NCBI GenBank assembly: GCA_041686115.1
Contig: JAWLEM010000004.1
Location: forward strand, 1 to 36,002
Source: Bacteroidales bacterium
GTDB taxonomy: Bacteria > Bacteroidota > Bacteroidia > Bacteroidales > UBA12077
Length of the DNA stretch: 36,002 bases
Direction of reading: 5' to 3'
Shown: positions 9,057 through 17,466 of the stretch, piece after piece
Position numbering within the stretch: position 1 is the first letter of the stretch
Layout: the number at the start of each line of letters is the position of its first letter
Notes under the pieces: model-generated
What the model was told of the DNA's origin: nothing
What the model saw: the letters and a program-made list of their open reading frames with translations, nothing else
The model's database searches: none
Program-made: the position numbers and the translations under genes

Positions 9057-10064
9057 ATGAATACATTTGGTAATATATTTCGGTTAAGTATTTATGGCGA
9101 ATCGCATGGAAAACAAGTAGGTATATTAATTGACGGTTGCCCTGCAGGATTACGATTAACTGAAGATGATTTTACTAACGATTTATTACGCCGTAAGAGT
9201 GGAGCCAAAGGCACAACACCAAGGATAGAAGACGATAAACCGGAAATTTTATCCGGTGTTTTTAACGACACAACTACCGGAGCGCCTATTTTAATCGCTT
9301 TTCAGAATAAAAATACTAAATCGGAGGATTATCAGCAGCTACAGAATTTTCCGCGTCCCGGGCATGCCGATTTTACTGCAAAATTTAAGTTTGGTGGCTT
9401 TAATGATTTTCGCGGTGGCGGGCATTTTTCAGGCCGCTTAACACTCGGATTGGTTGCAGCGGGAGTTATTGCAAAAAAATTAATTCATCCGGTAAATATA
9501 TCAGCTAATTTAATCGAGGCAGGTGGTGATTCAGATATCAACAAAGCAATTGAAAATGCTTTGGAGAATAACGATTCCATAGGAGGTATTGTTGAATGTA
9601 AAGCAGAACAGGTTCCTGTTGGATTAGGCGAGCCATTTTTTAATGCTGTAGAATCTTTAATTAGCCATATGGTATTCTCCATTCCCGCTATAAAAGGCAT
9701 TGAATTTGGATCCGGGTTTCAAGCGGCTAAAATGTTTGGAAGCGAGCATAACGATGAATTGCTTGATACATCCGGTAAAACGGCCACCAATTTTGCAGGA
9801 GGTATAAATGGTGGTATTACCAATGGAAATCCCTTGCATTTCAGGGTCGCCGTAAAACCAACATCTAGCATATCAAAATCACAAAATACCATCAATTTAA
9901 AATCGGGTAAAACTGAAAATTTAGAAGTTAAAGGCCGCCACGATGCATGTATTGCTTTAAGAGTACCTGTGGTTGTAGAAGCCGTAACTGCTATTGTTCT
10001 GGCCGATTTAATGCTGGCTGAACAAAAAATCTCTACTGTTCTTATTGAACGATCTTCACGCTGA
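9057..10064 (+). CDS. aroC: Chorismate synthase
   Basis: GESHG, RPGHADF, RGGGHFSGRLT, NFAGGINGGITNG, VKPTSSI, GRHDACI. Confidence 0.97.
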   Translation: MNTFGNIFRLSIYGESHGKQVGILIDGCPAGLRLTEDDFTNDLLRRKSGAKGTTPRIEDDKPEILSGVFNDTTTGAPILIAFQNKNTKSEDYQQLQNFPRPGHADFTAKFKFGGFNDFRGGGHFSGRLTLGLVAAGVIAKKLIHPVNISANLIEAGGDSDINKAIENALENNDSIGGIVECKAEQVPVGLGEPFFNAVESLISHMVFSIPAIKGIEFGSGFQAAKMFGSEHNDELLDTSGKTATNFAGGINGGITNGNPLHFRVAVKPTSSISKSQNTINLKSGKTENLEVKGRHDACIALRVPVVVEAVTAIVLADLMLAEQKISTVLIERSSR

Positions 10065-10139
10065 TTTGTTCTAAAGGTTAAATTAATAGCAAAAACATTG
10101 TGCTTTTACCAATTTAATCTTACTAAATCCAAAATTATT

Positions 10140-12257
10140 ATGAAGAAATTTACTTTACTTCTGTTTCTATTTTTTATAAATAGTATCTTGATTTATGGTC
10201 AGGTGCCTGAAATATTTAACTACCAGGGTGTATTGCGTAATTCATCAGGGGAGTTAATTAAAGAATCCAATGTTAGTTTACAAATCTCTATTATCGAAGA
10301 TAATCCCGATGGGAACATTGCTTATTCAGAGATTCATACTGTTACAACGAATGCTTACGGGCAGTTTGCTGTGAAAGTTGGTGGTGGAGAAGCAGTTGGT
10401 GGCGATTTTTCTTCAATCAATTGGTCGTTGGGACAAACCTATTTAAAACTTGAATTAGATGAGAATGGAGGATCTGCTTTTACAGAATTAGGAACTTTTC
10501 AATTATTATCCGTACCGTATGCTTTAAATGCAAATTCAGCAGCAAGATTAGGTAACAATGTTGAGTATTTACCCTCTACAGATACCTTATTTGTAGTCAG
10601 GGATTATGAAGGGAACCCTGTTTTTATTGTATACCCTGATGGCGCCGAAGTAGTTACCAATAGTGGTTCGAAAGGAAAAGTCGGTGGTTTTGCTGTTAGC
10701 GGACGTACCTCTACCAAAGCCCCGGGAGTTAATTTATTAACTGTTAACGCTGATAGTACCAGAATTTATGTAAATGAAGGTAGTGTAAAAGGAAAAGTTG
10801 GTGGTTTTGCTGTTAGTGGCCGTACATCGACAAAAAACATCGGATATGATTTGTTAAAAGTTACAACAGACAGTACCAGAATTTTTGTAAACGATGACCA
10901 GTCAAAAGGGAAAATTGGAGGCTTTGCTGTTAGTGGCCGAACTTCTACAAAAGGATTATTAAACAATTATTTACAAGTTGCTCCCGATAGTACAAGAATT
11001 TTTGTAAAAGACTCAGTTGGTGGTTTCGGTATCTCCAATATTCAAAGCGGTGTTTCTGAAAGTTTTTTAAATCTTAATAAACAAAACTATCTGATTGGAC
11101 ACAAAACCGGTGATCAAATTAGTGAAGGAAAATACAATTCTATGATTGGTTATGAAGCAGGGTTCACCACATCATCAGGAAGTAATAATTTATTTTTAGG
11201 ATTCCGAAGTGGTTATTCAAATGTTACTGGTGGGAATAATGTTTTTATTGGAACTGAAAGTGGTTATGTAAATCAATATACTTTTCAGAATACCTATGTG
11301 GGTTACAGAAGCGGTTATGAATTATCCGGCGCCAGTAATACGGTGTTAGGTTCAATGTCCGGAGAAAATGCATCTGGTTTTAATAATACTTTTATTGGAA
11401 CTTCGGCAGGAAGAATTGCCACTGGAGGAAATAACACCTTTGTAGGTCAGGGTGCAGGTTATGGTTTTCCTGATGAAAATCAGGGTGTAAGAAATACTTA
11501 TATCGGGCAGGCATCCGGTTCAAAAACCACAACAGGTAGCTATAATGTAATGCTTGGTTTTAATTCGGGTTATTTAAATTATGCCGGAGCGAATAATACG
11601 TTTTTGGGATATAATACCGGGCGTAATATTACAGATGGTTCAGGAAATATATTTATTGGATACGAAGCCGGGAAAAATATTGAAGATATAAGTAACCGGC
11701 TTGTAATTGAAAACTCTGATGCTGATAGTACTACTGCATTAATTTATGGCAAATTCGACCAGGATGATTTAAGAATAAACGCAACTGTTGGTATAGGATC
11801 GCCAGCCAGTCAGTTTTATGGATTGAGAGTAAATGGAGGTACATCTTTAAATTATAGTCTTTATGCTTATAAAGGAGGTTATACTCCCGGTAGCTGGTCA
11901 AGCGGATCTGATATACGATTGAAAAAGGATATCAGAAATATTGATACTCCTTTGAAAAAAATTAAGCAATTAAATGGTGTTTCTTTTCTATGGAAAGTTA
12001 ATGAATTTCCTGATAAACAGTTGAGTAGTAAAGGCCAGATTGGAGTTATTGCACAAGAAGTTGAAAAAGTATTGCCAGAACTGGTTTTTGAAGATGATGA
12101 AGGTTTTAAAGCGGTAGCCTATGACAAATTAAATGCAGTACTTATTGAAGCAATTAAAGAGCAACAAAAGACCATTGAAAAACAAGAACAAGAAATATTA
12201 TCATTGAAAGATCGATTGTTAAAAATTGAAAATATGCTTGAAGAAATGAATCCATAG
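10140..12257 (+). CDS. Secreted tail-fibre-like beta-helical protein with C-terminal peptidase S74-type intramolecular chaperone (fibre 1)
   Basis: Signal peptide MKKFTLLLFLFF..YG/QVP (ATG 10140). FNYQGVLRN...LSVPYAL N-terminal domain. Three 39-aa repeats carrying KGKxGGFAVSGRTSTK. 14-aa NxFIGxxAG repeats. SDIRLKKDI...GVIAQEVEKVLPELV...VAYDKL.AVLIEAIKEQQ followed by a coiled coil. Confidence 0.88.
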   Translation: MKKFTLLLFLFFINSILIYGQVPEIFNYQGVLRNSSGELIKESNVSLQISIIEDNPDGNIAYSEIHTVTTNAYGQFAVKVGGGEAVGGDFSSINWSLGQTYLKLELDENGGSAFTELGTFQLLSVPYALNANSAARLGNNVEYLPSTDTLFVVRDYEGNPVFIVYPDGAEVVTNSGSKGKVGGFAVSGRTSTKAPGVNLLTVNADSTRIYVNEGSVKGKVGGFAVSGRTSTKNIGYDLLKVTTDSTRIFVNDDQSKGKIGGFAVSGRTSTKGLLNNYLQVAPDSTRIFVKDSVGGFGISNIQSGVSESFLNLNKQNYLIGHKTGDQISEGKYNSMIGYEAGFTTSSGSNNLFLGFRSGYSNVTGGNNVFIGTESGYVNQYTFQNTYVGYRSGYELSGASNTVLGSMSGENASGFNNTFIGTSAGRIATGGNNTFVGQGAGYGFPDENQGVRNTYIGQASGSKTTTGSYNVMLGFNSGYLNYAGANNTFLGYNTGRNITDGSGNIFIGYEAGKNIEDISNRLVIENSDADSTTALIYGKFDQDDLRINATVGIGSPASQFYGLRVNGGTSLNYSLYAYKGGYTPGSWSSGSDIRLKKDIRNIDTPLKKIKQLNGVSFLWKVNEFPDKQLSSKGQIGVIAQEVEKVLPELVFEDDEGFKAVAYDKLNAVLIEAIKEQQKTIEKQEQEILSLKDRLLKIENMLEEMNP

Positions 12258-12325
12258 TTATTATTCTAAAGGATTAATTATCAATTAAAACAATCCTGTA
12301 AATAAAAATTTTATTGTTTGTTTTC

Positions 12326-12363
12326 AAAAAAATGCTTACTATTATCACGGTAAGCATTTTTTT
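12326..12363. terminator. Bidirectional intrinsic terminator
   Basis: AAAAAAATGCTTAC - 10-nt loop - GTAAGCATTTTTTT, ~70 nt after the fibre 1 stop. Confidence 0.8.
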
Positions 12364-12423
12364 ATGATTCAAATTTCTTTAATTTTTAATGACATTTAGC
12401 ATATTAACCTAAAACCAATTGCC

Positions 12424-12483
12424 ATGAGAAAATCATTACTATTCTGCTTATTTTTATTTTACGGACAATCTGAGTGTAATTAA
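12424..12483 (+). pseudogene. Relic 5' end of a secreted-protein gene (MRKSLLFCLFLFYGQSECN*)
   Basis: A-rich leader TAACCTAAAACCAATTGCC-ATG followed by a signal-peptide-like start ending in YGQ, as in fibre 1, then a stop at codon 20. Confidence 0.4.
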
Positions 12484-12628
12484 TTAAGAATTAAGAATTA
12501 ATAATTTGCAGGGAATAGGATGAAAACCGGATGTTAATGAATTTGATATAAGAAATTGAAAAACTAATCAATGATTATTAACTTATTTGCTTTGATTAGT
12601 AATTGGTTGAATAATAATTTTTTAAATG

Positions 12629-12668
12629 AATTTACACTACTTGTTTTAAGTTGGTGTAAATTTTTTAT
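12629..12668 (+). terminator. Terminator-like hairpin
   Basis: AATTTACACTACTT-GTTTT-AAGTTGGTGTAAATT followed by a T run. Confidence 0.5.
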
Positions 12669-12699
12669 TTAATAATAGGATTATTAAATCTTTGGTTAA

Positions 12700-12734
12700 T
12701 TCATCAATAAAAAAGTAAACTTCGTCAATAAAAA
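12700..12734 (+). promoter_or_regulatory. Direct repeat with 21-bp period, candidate LytTR-type regulator site upstream of the fibre operon
   Basis: TTCATCAATAAAAA at 12700-12713 and TTCGTCAATAAAAA at 12721-12734 (13/14 identical). Confidence 0.5.
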
Positions 12735-12819
12735 TTTGACAACAAACAAATAAAGTACGAACTTGTATTTTGTGATTATTTAATGATGAATCTTCTTTTA
12801 TTAATTGAATAAATAATCA

Positions 12820-13077
12820 ATGATGAAAAAAATTTACTTCATTTTTTCAATTTGTATTTTTATTAAAACTTCAATCATTGAAATTAATGCTCAAAATATA
12901 GCCATTACTGATGATGAAACTGAAATAGCAGGTGGGTACGACATTGCTGAGCGCAAAGCACAGGTCCTCCTGGCGTTAGAAAAAGCACACATTTACATTG
13001 AACAGTTAAATGATGAAATAAAAGACCTTAAAGAGGAAAACCATTTATTAAAAGATGAAATACAAGGAATTAAATAA
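12820..13077 (+). pseudogene. Internally deleted (in-frame) mini-paralogue of the fibre genes
   Basis: Signal peptide plus NAQNIAITDDET (start of fibres 2-4) joined directly to EIAGGYDIAERKAQVLLALEKAHIYIEQLN, which matches the fibre 3 tail EIKENGYDMVERREQILEELEIAHIYIEQLN. Confidence 0.8.
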
Positions 13078-13125
13078 TCAGATTCAAAAATAATGACATG
13101 GATTAATAATTTAAAACCCAAAAAT

Positions 13126-14826
13126 ATGAAACATTTCTACCTAAAGTTAATCTATATTAGCTTAATATTTAGTTTATTAACATTTTCTGGTAATAGTCAG
13201 AACATTGCTGTTACCGATGACGAAAGCTATGTTGCAGATTCGTCAGCAATGTTGGATGTAAAGTCTGTTACAAAAGGCCTGCTGGTTCCAAGAGTTACCT
13301 CCGCTCAAAGAACTTCAATAACTCTGCCCGCTACAGGATTATTGGTTTATGATACCGATCTAGAAAGATTTTATTTTTATAACGGTGCGGAATGGAAAAA
13401 TATAAGTGCAGAAGGAATATGGTTAGTAAATGGTGATAATTTGTATTTATCCGACGAAAATAAAAGAGTGGGTATCGGTGTGTCAAATGCAAATAGTAAA
13501 TTGGAAGTTAAGGCCGATGCATCGTTTGGCGTTGATGATACACTATTTGTAGTAAAAGATAATGCCGGATACCCGGTATTTGCCGTTTTTCCCGATGGTG
13601 CAAAAGTATTTGTTGATCAAACCACCAAGGGTAAAGTAGGAGGTTTTGCGGTAAGTGGAAGAACATCGACAAAATTTACTGAAGAAGATTATTTTCATAT
13701 CACGCCCGATAGTGCCAGGATATATTTAAATGAACCGGCCAAGGGTAAAGTAGGAGGGTTTGCTGTGAGTGGAAGAACCTCCTCCAAAGGTGAAACTACA
13801 AATTTTTTGAATATTACTCCTGATAATTATTTCATTGGTCATGATGTGGCACCTAATATTGAAGCTGGTCTTAGAAACTCTGTTCTGGGTTATAATGCAG
13901 GTTATTCGCTTGTAAATGGTGATGATAATATATTTATTGGGAATAAAGCTGGGTATATGACCGGTGCAAGTATATCTGGAGGTAACGAGAATGTATTTAT
14001 CGGTAATGAAGCCGGTTATAATACAACAACTCCTGTAAGAAATGTATTTATTGGACATCATGCAGGATATAACAATGTAACAGGTCAGTACAATACTTAC
14101 ATTGGAAATGCTGCTGGTGAAAATGGTACCGGATATTATAATACTATAATAGGAGGATTAGCAGCTACTACAAATGATTTTGGAGATAATAATGTTATTA
14201 TCGGATATGTTGCTGGTCGGGATATGATTTCATCTAATAATATAATGATTGGTAAAAGTGCCGGATATAATAATATTGCTACAGAAGGACATAATATTTA
14301 TATTGGATCTTACGCAGGGGAAGGTATTGCAGATGAAAATTATCGTTTTGAAATAGCGAATGACAGAACGAAACCTCCGTTACTTTATGGTGAATTTGAT
14401 AATCAACGACTGGCGATTAACGGAAGAACAACTGATGATTATACATTTTATGTTAATGGTACTGCCTCTGGAAGCAGCGCCTGGGGCAGTACTAGCGATT
14501 TACGTTTAAAAACCGATGTGCAAACCATATCAAATGCGCTTACAAAAGTGATTGCATTAAGAGGTGTTAATTTTAAATGGAAAGATGAAAATAAATTCGA
14601 AGAAGGATTACAAATGGGATTTATTGCCCAGGAAGCAGAAAAAATTATTCCCGAAGTAGTAAAAAAAGGAGAAGATAATTATTCTATGCAATATGCTCCT
14701 ATTACAGCTATTTTAGTTGAAGCAATTAAAGAACAACAAAATCAAATTGAAGATTTAAAATCAGAGAATGAAATATTGAAAGAGAAGCTGAATGAAATTA
14801 TTGAGCTTTTAAATGAGAAGGAATAA
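13126..14826 (+). CDS. Secreted tail-fibre-like protein with S74-type chaperone (fibre 2)
   Basis: Start placed at 13126 because the leader AAAACCCAAAAATATGAAA is shared with 14923. Signal peptide, QNIAVTDDE..SAMLDVKS.TKGLLVPR module, two GGFAVSGRTS repeats, NxFIGxxAG repeats, SDLRLKTDV...GFIAQEAEKIIPEVV...LVEAIKEQQ. Confidence 0.88.
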   Translation: MKHFYLKLIYISLIFSLLTFSGNSQNIAVTDDESYVADSSAMLDVKSVTKGLLVPRVTSAQRTSITLPATGLLVYDTDLERFYFYNGAEWKNISAEGIWLVNGDNLYLSDENKRVGIGVSNANSKLEVKADASFGVDDTLFVVKDNAGYPVFAVFPDGAKVFVDQTTKGKVGGFAVSGRTSTKFTEEDYFHITPDSARIYLNEPAKGKVGGFAVSGRTSSKGETTNFLNITPDNYFIGHDVAPNIEAGLRNSVLGYNAGYSLVNGDDNIFIGNKAGYMTGASISGGNENVFIGNEAGYNTTTPVRNVFIGHHAGYNNVTGQYNTYIGNAAGENGTGYYNTIIGGLAATTNDFGDNNVIIGYVAGRDMISSNNIMIGKSAGYNNIATEGHNIYIGSYAGEGIADENYRFEIANDRTKPPLLYGEFDNQRLAINGRTTDDYTFYVNGTASGSSAWGSTSDLRLKTDVQTISNALTKVIALRGVNFKWKDENKFEEGLQMGFIAQEAEKIIPEVVKKGEDNYSMQYAPITAILVEAIKEQQNQIEDLKSENEILKEKLNEIIELLNEKE

Positions 14827-14922
14827 CAGGTTAATTATGATAAAAAAACTTAATACTAAGAAAAAATGAATTATTAAAAGATGAATGAACAAGACTAGAT
14901 AAATCATTAAAAACCCAAAAAT

Positions 14923-17454
14923 ATGAAATATTTCTACCTTAAGTTGGTGAGCATAACCATGTTGTTGAGTTTGTTAACATTTTTTGGAAATGCTCAGAAC
15001 ATTGCAGTAACCGATGATGAAACCTATGTTGCCGATTCGTCAGCAATGTTGGATGTAAAATCGTTAACCAAGGGATTGCTTGTCCCCAGATTGACTTCAA
15101 CACAGCGTAATGCTATCATATCACCTGCAACAGGCTTGTTGGTTTTTGATACAACATTAGAAAGGTTTTATTTTTATGATGGTACAGAGTGGAAAAATTT
15201 AAGTGCCGAAGGTATCTGGCTGGTAAATGGCGATAACTTATATTTATCCGACGAAAATAAAAGGGTCGGTATCGGTGTGTCCAATGCAAATAGCAAGTTG
15301 GAAGTTAAAGCCGATGCATCATTCGGTGTTGATGACACATTATTTGTAGTTAAAGATAATGCCGGATACCCGGTATTTGCAGTCTTTCCCGATGGTGCAA
15401 AAGTATTTGTTGATCAAACTGCCAAAGGTAAAGTCGGAGGTTTTGCTGTAAGTGGCAGAACATCGACAAAATTTACCGAAGAAAAATATCTGCATGTAAC
15501 TGCGGATAGCACCAGAGTTACATTTAATGAAGGTGCCAAAGGATCCATAGGTGGGTTTGCAGTGAGTGGAAGAACTTCTTCTAAAGCAGGTTCAACTAAA
15601 AGCCTGATCAATCTTTTTCCCGATAATTATTTTATTGGAGATTCTGCAGGGATTAGTACTACAACAGGGACCTATAATAATTTTATTGGTTATAAGGCCG
15701 GCGCTAAAAACACAACCGGTTATGATGGTACGTTCATAGGGTATAAAGCAGGTTATTCAAATGAAGGGGGATTTGAAAATCTGTTTATTGGAAAAGAAAG
15801 TGGATATAATAATAATGATGGAATTAGGAATGTTTTTATTGGGAATAAGGCAGGTTTTAGCAATACAAGCGGAGATAATAATGTAATTTTAGGAAATGAC
15901 GCGGGAAGTGATGCTGATGGTGGGGATAACAATGTCTTTATTGGCCTGGAAGCAGGCCGTTTTCATGTTGCTGGGGAAAGCAATGTAATTTTAGGTAATA
16001 AAGCAGGTTTGGGAGATGCTTCTTTTTCAGGAATCGTTACTCATAGAAATGTATTAATTGGAGCAGAAGCAGGAAGACATATTAATGATGCCATTGATAA
16101 TGTATTTATAGGACATAAAGCCGGACAAGGCATTTTATTAAATGGAGGGATTACAGGAGATTATAATGTTGTGATTGGAGAAAGAGCAGGATTAAATATT
16201 TCTTCCGGGGCAAAGAATGTTTTTCTTGGAAATGAAGCCGGATATTCATCTACACAAGGGCAAGGAAATATTTTTGTAGGATTCCAGTGTGGATATTCAA
16301 ATACAACAGGATCTTTTAATTCTTTTTTAGGTTACGAAGCAGGAAGAACAAATACAACGGGAACTAATAATATGTTTATAGGTTATAAAGCGGGAGAATT
16401 AAATGATAATGGATCAAATAATATGTTTATAGGAACATTAGCTGGATCAGGTAATTTAAGTGGTAATAATAATTTGTTTATTGGTGATGAAGCAGGTACT
16501 AGTAATACCAGTGGTTCTACAAATATGTATATTGGTTCGGGAGCAGGAAAAAACGCAACGGATGCAATTTTTAATATGGCTATTGGAGTGGGAGCAGGAA
16601 GAGAGTTAACCAGTGGTTCTTACAATGTGCTTATAGGGCAAGTAGCTGGAGATGAGCTAACTACTGGTTCAAAGAATATATATATAGGTACCCTTGTAGG
16701 AGCTGGAAACCCGGCTAATCAAACATCTGATAACAACGTATATATTGGTTATAATGCGGCTTATTTTACAAAAGGTCGATATAATACCTATTTGGGTTAT
16801 TTGGCAGGTTCTGGTAATAATATGGCTAGTGATACTACTGGAAGTTTTAATACTTTTATTGGACCACTCGCAGGAAACAGTGTTAGAGGAAATAATAATA
16901 CTTGTTTAGGTTATTTTGCAGGAAGTGGAGCAATTGGCAGTAATAATATTTATATTGGTTACAGCATGAAAGGGCAAGGTACTGAAAGCAATAAATTATA
17001 TATAGATGTGACCGATACCCCTACACCATTAATATATGGCGATTTTGATTTAAATGCTCTGACATTTAACGGTGATGTAGAAATTACAGGTACTTTAAAT
17101 GGCACCAAATCCTTAAAATCAGCTGATTATGTTTTTGATAAATCATACCAGGTTATATCAATTGAAGAACATGCTATACAAATGTGGGAGAAAAAGCATC
17201 TGCCAGCTCTTTTAGGAGAAAATGAAATTAAAGAAAATGGGTATGATATGGTTGAAAGGCGAGAGCAGATTCTCGAAGAATTAGAAATAGCCCACATATA
17301 CATTGAACAGCTAAACAATCGAATTAAAAAACTGGAAACAGAAAATAACAACCTAATAGAAAAGGTTGAAAAAATCGAGCAATTAGAAGAACAAAATAAA
17401 TCATTGATGATCGCTTTTGATGAGTTAAGGGCAAAAATTATAGAAAATGAATAA
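14923..17454 (+). CDS. Secreted tail-fibre-like protein with long beta-helical passenger and ADYVF/HLP-type C-terminus (fibre 3)
   Basis: Same N-terminal module as fibre 2. About 30 NxFIGxxAG-type repeats. Ends ADYVFDKSY...KKHLP...LEELEIAHIYIEQL plus coiled coil. No SDxRLK motif. Confidence 0.85.
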   Translation: MKYFYLKLVSITMLLSLLTFFGNAQNIAVTDDETYVADSSAMLDVKSLTKGLLVPRLTSTQRNAIISPATGLLVFDTTLERFYFYDGTEWKNLSAEGIWLVNGDNLYLSDENKRVGIGVSNANSKLEVKADASFGVDDTLFVVKDNAGYPVFAVFPDGAKVFVDQTAKGKVGGFAVSGRTSTKFTEEKYLHVTADSTRVTFNEGAKGSIGGFAVSGRTSSKAGSTKSLINLFPDNYFIGDSAGISTTTGTYNNFIGYKAGAKNTTGYDGTFIGYKAGYSNEGGFENLFIGKESGYNNNDGIRNVFIGNKAGFSNTSGDNNVILGNDAGSDADGGDNNVFIGLEAGRFHVAGESNVILGNKAGLGDASFSGIVTHRNVLIGAEAGRHINDAIDNVFIGHKAGQGILLNGGITGDYNVVIGERAGLNISSGAKNVFLGNEAGYSSTQGQGNIFVGFQCGYSNTTGSFNSFLGYEAGRTNTTGTNNMFIGYKAGELNDNGSNNMFIGTLAGSGNLSGNNNLFIGDEAGTSNTSGSTNMYIGSGAGKNATDAIFNMAIGVGAGRELTSGSYNVLIGQVAGDELTTGSKNIYIGTLVGAGNPANQTSDNNVYIGYNAAYFTKGRYNTYLGYLAGSGNNMASDTTGSFNTFIGPLAGNSVRGNNNTCLGYFAGSGAIGSNNIYIGYSMKGQGTESNKLYIDVTDTPTPLIYGDFDLNALTFNGDVEITGTLNGTKSLKSADYVFDKSYQVISIEEHAIQMWEKKHLPALLGENEIKENGYDMVERREQILEELEIAHIYIEQLNNRIKKLETENNNLIEKVEKIEQLEEQNKSLMIAFDELRAKIIENE

Positions 17455-17466
17455 AAACTGATAATT

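Noticed and set aside
7256-13125. Longer ORF-track starts at 7256, 10098 and 13093
   Set aside because: The downstream ATGs (7313, 10140, 13126) give a better N-terminus or signal peptide, and 13126 shares its leader with the paralogue at 14923.
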